DNA of 63,136 bases, filler included, from Pirum gemmata (taxonomy: Eukaryota), in NCBI GenBank assembly GCA_002812295.1. It is 18 parts of 18 records of this genome, joined end to end, with 100 filler letters (N's around TTAATTAATTAA, not from the genome) between each part and the next. Parts side by side here need not be neighbours in the genome. Positions count along the whole stretch, not along the records: positions 1 to 3,559 come from PDIN01003441.1; positions 3,660 to 6,730 come from PDIN01003443.1; positions 6,831 to 9,965 come from PDIN01003444.1; positions 10,066 to 16,692 come from PDIN01003445.1; 14 more parts are not named here. One strand, given 5' to 3'. Below are positions 1 to 11,888 of the stretch, one piece after another (positions within the stretch are counted from its first letter, which is position 1; every line of letters starts with the position of its first letter). A program made the position numbers and the translations under genes. Under the pieces are notes generated by a model. It saw only the letters and a list, made by a program, of their open reading frames with translations, ran no database searches and was not told where the DNA came from.

Positions 1-221
1 TGAACCACGTTTGGATCATCAAACTGAGCTGCAGTGATCCAAGACGTTGAGCCATCTGACCAAAGAACATTATAAATATCATTTTGGTTACCATCAAACC
101 ATAACCCAAAATTTTCTTAAACGATGCAGAAGAGTCCATAACTTCGAAACAATCAAGATTGAGAACCGGAAAAAGTTGATAACTTCGGAACAATCAAAAT
201 TGAGAACCGGAAAAAGTTCGC
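1..221 (-). pseudogene. Degenerate chromodomain-like coding fragment (possibly a chromovirus integrase tail or a broken exon), cut by the window edge
   Basis: Minus strand reads FKKILGYG, then after a frameshift DGNQNDIYNVLWSDGSTSWITAAQFDDPNVV, matching the chromodomain pattern KIL...Y-x-V-x-W...S/T-W. A possible acceptor TTAG ends at 222. A 41-bp tandem duplication (138-178/179-219) breaks the frame. Confidence 0.35.
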
Positions 222-850
222 CTAATAGTATTTATATATTTTTAACATCCTTGTTATCCGAATTATTTTTTAAAAAGGAAAATAATAATAAAATAATAAC
301 ATAATAATAATAATATTGATAAAATTATTACTAATATAGAAATATATTAATAAAATAACACTAATATAGGAATAGCTCAATAATTAATAGCCAATAACAT
401 AACCGGGTAGTAATGCTGTTACAATTTATTATTTATTATTTATTATTTATTATTCAATTATTCATTATTCCTACAATCATTAAATTAATCTATATTCAAT
501 TATTCATTATTTCNTATCATTATTTATTATTATCATTATTAATTATTATCATCATAATTAGTATTATTATTCTTATTAATGTTATCGATCATTATTATTA
601 TCATTAATATTAATATCGTCATTATTATTATTATATGATACGTGTTGTTATTGTTTTTACCTAGCAAGGGCTATGATTAGGGTTAAGGCCAGGGTAGCTT
701 TAGGGTTAATATAATTATCTGCTTTATAAATGTTCCTTACAGCTTCCTTACCCTACTTTTATAACCGTAACTTTAAAACACTCTTTATCCGTAGCCTTAA
801 CCCTAACACCTGGTACGGTTACTATAACAGGTGATTAATATTGTGATCAT

Positions 851-1813
851 ACTGTACGACTTAATTCACCTCGTCTGTTTTTCAAAATATCGGTTCGGCA
901 CCCGATCATGCTGATCAAACTACAATAATTATAGAAATCTACTGGTGATAAACCGAATTCAAAATTCCAATTTGTTTACGCGTTATTATTTATTTTCTTA
1001 GTCTATAATTATAGTCATATCAATTGATATTTATATAAATAATATAATAACATCGATAATTCAGAACAGTAATTGCAACTGTTTGAATTTGTATTTGCAA
1101 CCAGTAAACAATGCTTCTGATTAAAAAATGAAATAAAAACGACTACGATAACGTATATCGATAAGGAAAGTAATAATGATAGCGATAATGATATTGGTAA
1201 TTTAAAAATTTATCATGGTAATAAATGTTAATTAATGATTGTTAATTAATGATAAAAGATTTTAAAAACTTGAATAATAATATAATGGTAACTAAATGTA
1301 TATAATATTAAATTACAAAGATAAAAACAATCTTATTATGTCAACATCAATTGACAATGATGATGATAATGATAAGTATCGACTGGGAACCCAATGAGAA
1401 AAACTCACAAAAGACATTTATTTATCTTATTTTATTTTTATTTTCAACTTTGTGAAGAAAGCAGCAAGCCAGGGATTCTCGAAAAGCATCCTGCGCACGC
1501 ACCTTTAAACTTGATAGGAGTGAAAGTTCATCCCTGGTGTTCCAAAAAGTATATAGTTTGTATATAGTACTTTTCATTTGCAGTCATTTGCTTTAATTTG
1601 TCTTAAAAATATGTACAATTACAAATGCCAAAATAATATAATATATAATTAATCTATTAAATTTTGGTGCAATTTTTTTAAATATTTTTTTGATTTGTTT
1701 CATTATTTATTTTTTACACGCTCATGCGATAAAAAGTGATAAATGTGTGAATTCTGAACTTTAGAAATTATATATAATAATCTGATATTATGAAACAAAC
1801 CATCAGATATGGA

Positions 1814-1848
<35 letters not shown>

Positions 1849-2046
1849 AGTAATAATATAATATTAATTATTATTATCATTATTTATTATTTACACTGTA
1901 CGACTTTATTCAACCTCGTCTGTTTTTCAAAATATCGGTTCAGCACCCGATCATGCTGATCAAACTACAGTTATAGAAATCTACTGGTGATAAACCTTAT
2001 TCAAAATTATTCCAATATGTTTACGCGGTATTATTTATTTTCTTAT
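851..2046 (+). repeat. Pair of ~150-bp direct repeats (851-1000 and 1895-2046)
   Basis: Near-identical ACTGTACGACTT...CACCCGATCATGCTGATCAAACTACA...GTTTACGCG..TTATTTATTTTCTTA at both positions. Confidence 0.85.
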
Positions 2047-3559
2047 TGGTGTATGATATTTATTTTTAAAATTTATTACAATATCCAAAAAATAATTTTT
2101 TATTAACAGCCAAGTTGGATATTTTTTTTTAGATTTTTTTCTAAAAAACATTTTTAATGCTAATTAGCCAAATTATTTTAAAAAGTAGCAATTAGCTCAT
2201 AATAGAGTGTTTTTAGTTAAATTGTTTCTCAAAATTTGGTAGTACTTTTATTTTAAAATTGGATCATTTCGCCATTTTCATCAGGCTGATATGCATAAGA
2301 ACCATAACATTGTGCTTATTTGTACTATTCACGCGTCGTCCATTCATAGCTTGGTTGTTACTTGTATCGTGTTTGTCAATAGTGTTGTTCATTTCAAAAA
2401 CCGAAATAAATGTACAAAATTATCAGACATGTTTTAATTAATTTGGTATTTTATACTTCGATGTTGCATTTTATTAACAAGTTCTCAATTATACACTTCA
2501 TTAAACAGTACTAAATTAAAGATTGAGAGGACAACAGTTACTTTACTGTTACTGTAACGAAATAAACGATACTAGCTAGTACTAGAATTACCTCTTTGAT
2601 TGTTATTGATACTAACACCACAAATAGTTTGTTACAAACCTACTAGCTAGTAAAAGAGCAAAAAAAGGGTCTCTACCAGCTCTCTACCTAACACTCTACC
2701 TAGACTCCTGTGGCTCCCGGTAGAAACAAGTTAGATAATAAACAAGTTGAAAACCAATATTGATAATATTATAAACTATAACTATAATATTAATAAACTA
2801 TATAATTATATGGTATATAATTGTAACGCTACTGTAACCTACTGCTTCTCCTTTTTCTCCAGAAAAAGGAAAACAGGACTAAAAGTACTAAAACATGCCT
2901 AGAACTTATTATTATTATTTTTTTTTTATAAAAAAAAATCCATGCCATGCCAGATAAAGTTGCAAATCTACCAAATGAGCTCAAAATCTGACTATCTAAA
3001 GACTATCTGACGAAATCTTAGAAAAAATCCTCCAATTTTAGTGAAAGTGTGACACTATCAGATGATTATCAAAATTTCAGAAATCGTGTAACTAAAGAAA
3101 ACTCTATTTCCAATGGCTAGTTTTTTTAGAAAATTATTAATTTGGCTAGGTAGGTGGCATTTTTTTTTAAAAAAAGTTTCTCCAAAAAGAAATTTTTAGA
3201 AGAGAAGTAAGTGTCTAAAAATAATGATTTCTGAAAAAAGCAGAGAATGGTGGACCCTTTTTTAAAAAATTTTTTAAAAAAATAAATACAGTCCTAACTA
3301 ATATGACGGTCACGACCACGGTCGGCCACCACACCCCCACACATACCTACGATCATTGATCAAGAATTTGACAAAAATCAAAATTTATTTGAAAAAACGT
3401 TTTTTTTTTTTTGAAATAAATATTTTTAGACAATTGTAATTGGTTCTAAAGTAGTTTTTTATTCTTGTTTTGCCATCCGCCATCCTACTAATAATAGCTA
3501 CTACTTTTTTTTTTTGGCTTCTTTTAGTTCTTTTTTTTTCCTTTTTTTCTCCCCCCCCC

Positions 3560-3659
3560 NNNNNNNNNNNNNNNNNNNNNNNNNNNNNNNNNNNNNNNNN
3601 NNNTTAATTAATTAANNNNNNNNNNNNNNNNNNNNNNNNNNNNNNNNNNNNNNNNNNNN
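3560..3659. other. Artificial scaffold-concatenation linker N44-TTAATTAATTAA-N44 (stops in all six frames)
   Basis: The same 100-nt unit occurs at 3560, 6731, 9966, 16693, 19908, 24797, 28002, 31212, 34418, 37623, 40834, 44067, 47299, 50499, 53544, 56702 and 59933. Most intervening pieces are about 3.1 kb. Confidence 0.97.
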
Positions 3660-4130
3660 ATTAGGTATATTTTATTATCTATTTATTGATTTAAAAATAT
3701 CAATTTAAAGATTACAACCTTCCAAATAAATATTCCGAGTGACAAAATACACAATATTATAAAAAAACCATTATCTGATAGATAGTCTAGTCTATTAAAA
3801 AAAATAAGGGAAGAATAAGAATGCAAATATATATTTTGAAAAATATAATAATGATGTATTATAAAATATTATAAATAAATAAATTTATTATGATAATATT
3901 ATAATAATAAATAAATCAAATAACACACGAAAAATAACTATTATGATGAAAATCTGGCGCTTTTCTGAGGCAATATAGTCTATGTAGATTTTCAGCGTAT
4001 CATTAATCATAATTTTTTTTTTTGTTTGTTTTAGTTTGTTTTGATTTGTGAATAATAATTATAATCAAAAGTAATAGCCAATGAAATATTAGGCATGCAG
4101 TAAAAAAATTATGGCAGGGACAGGCAGCAA

Positions 4131-4364
4131 AGGAGGGGTGACAACTATAAGTAACTGACCCTTAAATTGGCACTAATTCCAGTTCTAATGCAGACATTTA
4201 CGGGTTCCCAATTAAGTAAATTAAAAAGCATAAATAGTAAATTAATTTGCTGAATCTTTAAATAAATTACTTTTAATAGTTTATTTACTACTATAAATAG
4301 TAAGCCACAGCCGCAGCGGAAATTGAAAAATTCAGAGTCATATTGGAGGGGTGTCACCCTTCCT
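4131..4364. mobile_element. Diverged MITE related to family B (AGGGGTGA ends)
   Basis: TIRs AGGAGGGGTGACA / TGTCACCCTTCCT with 1 mismatch. Its right half recurs at ~36560-36643. Confidence 0.55.
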
Positions 4365-4388
4365 GCAGCATGATCATCATCAATTCAT

Positions 4389-4480
4389 CAAATAATACGT
4401 CACGTCAAGGGGTAGGTAGGTAGGTGGTATTTGACCGGAAATTAACGTCGGGGGGTAGATAGGTAGGGGTTTTTGAAGCT
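4389..4480 (+). repeat. Dispersed G-rich ~100-bp repeat (second copy ~27684-27790)
   Basis: AAATAATACGTCACGTCAAGGGGTAGGTAGGTAGG..GTATTTGACCGGAAAT..ACGTCG is shared by two different scaffolds. Confidence 0.8.
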
Positions 4481-4606
4481 GTATGGCAGCTGGTCTATGG
4501 ACTTCTATGGTATGATAATGGTATGAAACATCCTACTTTTTGCAACTTTTTTGCAACTTTTTTTTTATAATTATGATATTCGAAAAATTTCAAACTTATA
4601 TAATAC

Positions 4607-5050
4607 AACTGCTACATTACTTTTGATCAAAAACAGAAAATTCTAGCTTCTAGTAGTAGTGAAACCCAAAAGTCAGCCGTTTTTAAATTGTTTTTTTAAA
4701 TTAAGGTATTGTAAATTTTTATAATATATATCGATATTATTATATTAATTAATGTTGTGTGTAGTAATAGTAGTATCAATTAATAGTTATATTTTTATCT
4801 GATAGTGTGGTTTCTTTTTAGTTGTATGATTATGATTTATATATGTATATAACTGCTACATTACTTTTGATCAAAAACAGAAAATTCTAGCTTCTAGCTA
4901 GCAGTGAAACCCAAAAGTCGGCAGTTTTTAAATTGTTTAAGGTATTGTAAATTTTTATAATAATATATTATATTATTATATTAATGTTGTGTGTAGTAAT
5001 AGTATACGTAGTAGTTATATTTTTATCTGATAGTGTTGTTTCTTTTTAGT
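4607..5050 (+). repeat. Tandem duplication with ~244-bp period
   Basis: AACTGCTACATTACTTTTGATCAAAAACAGAAAATTCTAGCTTCTAG... starts at ~4608 and again at 4851. Confidence 0.85.
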
Positions 5051-5188
5051 TGTTAGGGTTAGGGTATTTTATATTTAATATTACATTTTATAAAACAGTT
5101 CAAGTATACACTTAAAAAGTACCAAATTAAAGATTGAGAGGACAACAGTTTTACTGTAATGAAATAAACGATACTGATAGATTAAAAC

Positions 5189-5380
5189 CTATCGTGCTTT
5201 TCATTTAGTTTGTCACTCTTAATATTTATTTGGAGGGTTATAATCTTTAAATTGACATTTTTAAATCAATACATAGATAATAAAATATACCAAATTAAAT
5301 AAAATGGATTTATATTGTAGTAATTTGGTACTATGTATTATATATTTTATGATGACAAAACAATTGAAAAGGCACGATAG
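5189..5380 (+). mobile_element. MITE family A (~190 bp), the most abundant repeat in the window
   Basis: Imperfect ~27-bp TIRs CTATCGTGCTTTTCA..TTTGTCA / TGACAAAA..TGAAAAGCACGATAG. Other copies or fragments at ~3660-3750, 6211-6395, 13722-13910, 24897-24934, 26051-26250, 27090-27279, 27340-27520, 27880-28001, 29428-29595, 38380-38544, 50822-51011, 51092-51525 (split), 51853-52038, 55193-55357 and 56564-56701. Confidence 0.88.
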
Positions 5381-5704
5381 CCTAGTAGAGTAGAGAGTAT
5401 CGATAAAATGTAGACTAGAGGGTAGAGGAACGGAGTCCGACGGACTTAGGGACTGCGCGACGTCGCGACTGCGTGATGTTTTCTCATTCTCATTTGTCAA
5501 ATTTAGCTTTGATTCAACAGTATTTGCTGTATTTGGAACCTAGTTCCCTAAAAAGGCTTTTTTTTAATTCAACTTTTTTTTTTTTTTGGAAATGCCATAC
5601 TAAAGTACTAAATGATGGGAGCTAAATGGTGCGTACGAAATTCAAGCGTGGGGAATTTTTTTTTTTCGAAATGTACTATTAAACTACTACTTATGTAATG
5701 TATG

Positions 5705-6091
5705 CATACGATACAATCTTCCACCTTCTGACCCTATAAAATGAAAATTCTACGCCTACACATTACAATCTAAGCCATTGAAATGGCAATCTAGAAAAAG
5801 ATAATTCAAAAGTGACGTCATTAATTAATGTATTGTTTACATACGATACAATATTCCACCTTCTGACCCTATAAAATGAAAATTTTACGCTACAAATTAC
5901 AATATAAGCCATTAAAATGGCAATCTAGAAAAAGATAATTCAAAAAGTGACGTCATTCATTAATCATACGTTACAATCTTCCACCTTCTGACCCTATCTA
6001 ATGAAAATTCTAAGCTTACAACTTACAATCTAAGCCTTTAAAATGGCAATCTAGAAAAATATAATTCAAAAAGTGACGTCATTAATTAATG
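5705..6091 (+). repeat. Three tandem ~125-135-bp units, each ending in a TGACGTCA palindrome
   Basis: CATACG.TACAAT.TTCCACCTTCTGACCCTAT...AATGGCAATCTAGAAAAA.ATAATTCAAAAGTGACGTCATT at ~5705, ~5840 and ~5965. Confidence 0.9.
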
Positions 6092-7207
6092 TTCCCTTAC
6101 TGGTTAGTTGTAAACTGTCCTGCGTGACTATTGCTTGTTTTCGTGGGTGAAAAAGTCTAAAATTGAAGCTAAAATTGTAGTTGCTATTTATAATAATAAT
6201 TTTATATTCTTGTGCTTTTCATTTATTTTGTCGTCATAAAATATACAATAAATAGTACCAAATTAATACAATATAAATCCATTTAATTTAATTTGGTATA
6301 TGTTATTATTTATTTATTTATTTAAAAGTATCAGTTTAAATATTATAAACCACCAAATAAATATTCGGAGTGACAAAATAAATGAAACGCACTATATAAT
6401 CTATATATATACATAACGATATATTAATAGCCTATATTTATAAAAAATAAATAAATAAATAAAAATCGTTTCTCATTGGGCCTTCACTCATTCAAACTAA
6501 TTTTAAAAATATTTGGCCAATCCCAATCCTTAACTTTTTAATATATATATATAGCAAAAATTCGGTTATTTTATATAATATTATATAAACGCGTAACCTA
6601 TCAGAAAACCCATATTTTCATTAAAGACTAGAAAATGGCAATATTAATAATATTGTCATCGCATGATATTGATATTGTTATTGATGTTATTAATATTATT
6701 ATTGTTATTGTTATTGTTATTGTTATTGTTNNNNNNNNNNNNNNNNNNNNNNNNNNNNNNNNNNNNNNNNNNNNTTAATTAATTAANNNNNNNNNNNNNN
6801 NNNNNNNNNNNNNNNNNNNNNNNNNNNNNNTATTATTATTATTATTATTTATTATGATTCATGATTTATGGCTTTTATGATTTGATTTATTTATGATTTA
6901 TTATTTATAATTTACGATTTATGTTATGAGTTATAGGTTACCTTTCCGAGCATCATTACCATTTTGTGTTGAATATTGATATGCCGAGTATTAATTTAAT
7001 GAATACAAACCAGAATTAAAAATGAATCACAAAGATCAATGGTGTAAATTTTTATTTTTCATTTTTTTATTATTTTTCATTTTTTTATTATTATTAATTG
7101 ACAGTATATACAAAAGAATTTAATGCGGCTTTATTTTATTTAATAGTTCATTTAAACTACATTTTTCAATATTTTTACTTTTATTTTGAAAAGCAGGTTT
7201 TCCCCAT

Positions 7208-9529
7208 TCAGCATGTTTTTAGTTCATAATAAGCCTCTAAAACGTTATTCACATAAACGTCTAAGCGAAGAGTATTTCCACTTGAAACTGTTTGAGAAGA
7301 TATTGTAGTACTTACTAAGGTTCCTAAAATATAAGCAAAAAAAATAATAGAAATGTTAAAACAATGATTAAATCTCTATAAACAACGACGAACTACAACC
7401 TTAAAGATTAATATATAATTATTGAGAATAATAATATCAACGGGGTGAAAATTGTATAGCGATAATGGTAATAATAGCAAGTATAAGTTCATGAAATAAA
7501 TTGATACCCATTTCAATTGATCCTCTAACGAAATTTTCCCCATCAAATGTAAATTCAACTTTATCTTTTTTGGAATTTAAGCCTGTCATGAAGAAAGAAA
7601 CAGGTTGTTCAGTTTGACCATCAGCTACAAAACATTGTTCATTGACATTTGAAGCGAGTCGCAGAGCACTAAAAGTGAAAGATCCATCATACTGACATCC
7701 ATCCCCATAGAAGCCTAAAAAGTGTAAAAATAATATAGTTATTAGCCTTGTCCTTTGTATTAAAGACCATTAAAAGTAAGATGGCAAGCCGGTACTGCAA
7801 GTAGGTTTACCAAAAAAAAAAAGTCAACAGAAAGTAGTATTAATAGGTTCTTCTGTTTTTTATTATTATACATCATTTTTATTAAATTAAGAAATAATAA
7901 TAATAATAAAGAATAAAACAAAATAGTCCACTTATTCCCTGATGATGTTGTGTAAAAAATATTTTAGTTAATATTAATGTTGGGAGTTAGGTTACTGTTA
8001 AGAGGTAAGAGTAAGAATTAGGATTATATTTAAATTAAAAAGGGAAATGTCAAAATATTTATAAAACATTGGGAAACAACTATTAGAGATAATTAATTTA
8101 GAAACCCAATTAAACAATCTTTACCTGACCGGCAAACACAACTGTCAAAACCGACTTGACCATTCGGATAACTACAACCAAGTGAATATTTATCAGTTAG
8201 ACTCTGTCCTATACTTGCCAAATGAAACCCTGTTGTTATTACCAAAAATTATAGTAAAAATTTTAAATAATTTAAATAGATCGATATATATAAACACATA
8301 GTTCCGATAAGTCAGTTAAAGTTATATTGTAAATATAGCACTAAAGAAAAATCGAAGGAAAAACAGAAAAACAGAAACAATATTTTAAATATTAAATAAA
8401 CAAATAAGTATTCAATAACTATTATAAACGTATACAATATTTTAAATATTAAATAAACAAATAAGTATTCACTAACTATTACATACGTATGCATTATATT
8501 ATTTTAAATATTAAATAAACAAACAAGTATTAATATTCAATAACTATTATAAACGTGTACAATATTTTAATATTAAATAAACAAATAAGTATTCAATATC
8601 TATAATAAACGTATACTAGTACTGTACATACCGTTTACTTTACTTGCTTTATCATAAGCTGCAACACAGTCTTGGTACATAATTTCAATCACACCAGTCA
8701 ATCCTTTTTTCAAGATTTAAAAATAAGATTGATTATTATAAATAAATTTTAAAAACATATTGAAAAATTATATTGAAAAATTACGTATCACAATAAAAGA
8801 GATTAAATTTATATAAATATGACACATATTTGTTTTGGTACGTAGTTATGAAAAACAAACCTGCTTGTTGGTCTACTACGCAATTGTGTAAAAATTGTTT
8901 ATAGTTAACATGTCGACAAGCTTCCATTTTTAATGTTTCAGCACAAGTTGCTTTTACAGATACTTGCCGTTTATTTCGTTTCAGATTTTTTACAACCGAT
9001 ACTGGACGTTTCTGTGGATTTAAAATAATTATTATATTTAAATTTTAAAACAATTATATATTTATATACATATTATATGTTAGGGTTTAGGGGGATAGGG
9101 TCAGGGTTGTGCATTGTTCTAAATAGTTTCTCATTACGTACCACCCGAATCGTATTAAAACAATATTGCGTTTTTAAGAAAGGGCTTGCAGGTGCTAAAC
9201 TTGGGCATGAGAGTTGTTTTGATCCAGATGGAAAATCAGAGTAAAACATGTTGCCTAAAAAAGGATTATGGTAAATGTAGGAAAATTATAGTTTAATTAA
9301 TTATTAAATTAATACAATCACATGGTGTGCTAGGGGGCAGGTGATGGGTTAGGGTGTGGGTGGGGAGGGGGGTGATAAATAGTATGAAATGTAAAAATAA
9401 GATTAATAATATATGTGGAATGTAACGAACTTGTGCTTGAGGGGAAGCCAGAAGCCTTAAATGTATTAACCCATGCTTGTCCGTAGCCATAATCATCATC
9501 TTTGTTACCATTCCAATTTCCGCAAACGC
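7208..9529 (-). CDS. 3' part of an intron-rich VWD / C8-like / EGF-like / Ig-like protein gene (5' exons not on this scaffold)
   Basis: Exons 9529-9431, 9254-9142, 9011-8861, 8703-8632, 8229-8125, 7714-7508 and 7323-7208 join through GT-AG introns with consistent phases. Translation: GVCGNWNGNKDDD (VWD end) ... KRNKR ... TCAETLKMEACRHVNYKQFLHNCVVD (C8-like) ... GCSYPNGQVGFDSCVCRSGFYGDGC (EGF-like) ... LDVYVNNVLEAYYELKTC-stop. Colinear with the protein at 44443-47112. Confidence 0.85.
8378..8614. repeat. Intronic minisatellite, about four ~56-60-bp units
   Basis: CAATATTTTAAATATTAAATAAACAAATAAGTATTCAATAACTATTATAAACGTATA is repeated inside the 8230-8631 intron. Confidence 0.85.
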
Positions 9530-10065
9530 CTACATAAGTTTATTACACAATAAAATATAAAAAAATGTAAATTGAAAATACTTAAAAGTATCACCATATA
9601 TTTTTAATGTTAGTACTTATTTTAGAATTTTTGTTTTTTTATATATATATAATAAAAACACCAACTGTAACTTTCGAAAAATATCAAATTAAAAAACAAA
9701 AAATTATATTTATTTACGATACAATAGCTACTGTATTATTATCATTATTATTTTACTATTATTATTATTCTTATTATTATTATTAATATTATTATTATCA
9801 TAATTTTTGTTTGTTTATATATATATATATACACCAATTGTAACTTTAGAAAAATATCAAATTTAAAAACAAAAAATTAAATTATTTACGATACAATAGC
9901 TATACTGTATTATTATTATTATTTTATTAATAATAATAAGAATAATAATAATAGTAAAATAATAANNNNNNNNNNNNNNNNNNNNNNNNNNNNNNNNNNN
10001 NNNNNNNNNTTAATTAATTAANNNNNNNNNNNNNNNNNNNNNNNNNNNNNNNNNNNNNNNNNNNN

Positions 10066-10098
<33 letters not shown>

Positions 10099-10884
10099 GC
10101 ACCTACGCAATCTATTTTGATAAAAAACCAAAAATATTAGTGTGATATTAAAAATATATTCTTTTATTATTTTTTTTTAAAAAAGTAAAGCTTGTAGGCT
10201 ATAAATTATTATATTAATCATACTACTAGCTAGGCTGTGTACTACTATACTACTATTATAATAATTTTAAAATATTTGTGTTAAGTCAACTGACAACCAA
10301 CAACCAACAACCAACAACCAACGAGATAACACGAGGTTAGGGTTAGGGTTAGGGGTTAGGGTTAGGGTTAGGGTTGGGGTTGGGGTTGGGGTTAGAACAC
10401 AGCAGGCTACAACATCCAAATTTAAATAATGACAATCATAAAACAACGCATATAATTAAATAATAAGTAATTATAATTATCGGATTAGTTCTTGATTATA
10501 TTTTTATATAAAACTATGTTAATTAAAATCTTAACCCTAAAACATCTCTTTACTGCACCCTATACCTACCTAGCTAGCTAGAGCTATCATAGGCTTTAGA
10601 AATTAGAACTACTAGCTAGTAGTAGAGTGGCTAGCACAGCTAGCACTATGATACTATCTGATCCTGGTATGATATCTGTTCTGATTTGTTTCATATGATC
10701 AGCAATTGTATTATTTGTATACGTATTGTTCGTTTGTTGTAAAAATATTGGTTTTTAACGTTTGTTCCTAATAGTATAAATATTGTTATGGTCGTTGTTA
10801 TGAATGTTACTGTAGCTATCAGCTAGAGCTACTGAAGTCGTACAGAGTTGTACACTTTGTCCAACCCTCAACAACCGTTGGAAT

Positions 10885-11545
10885 ATATAGAACAAAATGA
10901 ATAGGAAAAGGTAATCAAAAACACTAGTCAAAAATAGAATCATTACAAAAAAGACTACTAAATTTTTAAAAAATTCACATATGAATACTAATAACCCAAA
11001 GAAAACACCAACAAGACAATGGTCGTCGAAAGAACAACCTTTTCAATGTCAATACTGCTCCAAACAATTTCTACCAAAAGCCACTCTAAAAAATTTTGAA
11101 CACAAACAAACTTGCAAAAACTAAACTAGAAGGGCTACATCAAAAAAATTAATATAAATCCCAATGTAGACGACAACTAGTTCGACAACTCCAACAATAT
11201 CCAGGGCCACAACAACGACTACAACGACTACAACGACTACAACGACTACAACACTATAATATTAGAAACAAAAATTAAAAACCAATATTTCTACAACAAA
11301 AGAACGATACAATGATATGCTCATCATAGATTATATATATTATGGTATTATTATGAAAAGTACAACTTAAAACCGAACAACAATCAAATTATTAACTTAT
11401 ACCAAAGTATTATGAAGCAAATCAACAAACTACAACTTTAACAACTATATAACTGTAACGTAATAACTGTAACGTACTGCTCCTCCTTTTTATATATAGT
11501 CGTAGTATAAATGGAAAACAAGACCCAAAATTATTTCTCTTTTTA
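10885..11545 (+). mobile_element. Repeat family C: decayed 3' end of a probable non-LTR retrotransposon
   Basis: A-rich degenerate coding strand with QPFQCQYCSKQF...EH.QTC (C2HC zinc-finger-like) and a common end TACTGCTCCTCCTTTTT. Other copies at ~2720-2905, 10670-10830(-), 13235-13460(-), 17686-18297, 25035-25290(-), 25345-25565, 27520-27640 and 43468-44060. The repeat status is seen directly; the LINE identity is inferred. Confidence 0.55.
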
Positions 11546-11722
11546 TATTATAATATTGATAGAACTGTACACAATGCAATGAATGCATGTCTTTAGAAAA
11601 AAGGAAAAAAAAATCTTCGTAGACCCAGGTCTGCTAGAGCTAGCTAGCTATGATAGTATCCCTACTAACTATCAATATGATAGCTAGCTAGCTAGTAGCT
11701 AGAGACTAGCTAGCTAGCTAGT

Positions 11723-11839
11723 CTCTATTCGTCAGCACGTCATTGCGCAATGACAGCGTCATTGCACAATGACGTTTTTATCTCAAATCCAACGTGTTCG
11801 TATTAACACTTCTAATTAAGCAATTGAGACGAAAAGTAT
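11723..11839 (+). repeat. Dispersed repeat end containing the palindrome GTCATTGCGCAATGAC (second copy ~31069-31187)
   Basis: TCTATTCGT.AGCACGTCATTGCGCAATGACAGCGTCATT...GCAATTGAGACGAAAAGTAT on two scaffolds, each preceded by a (CTAG)n tract. Confidence 0.8.
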
Positions 11840-11848
11840 NTAATTAAT

Positions 11849-11888
<40 letters not shown>

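Noticed and set aside
5705..6091. Possible CRISPR-like array
   Set aside because: The units are long tandem copies without unique spacers, the context is eukaryotic, and no cas genes are present.
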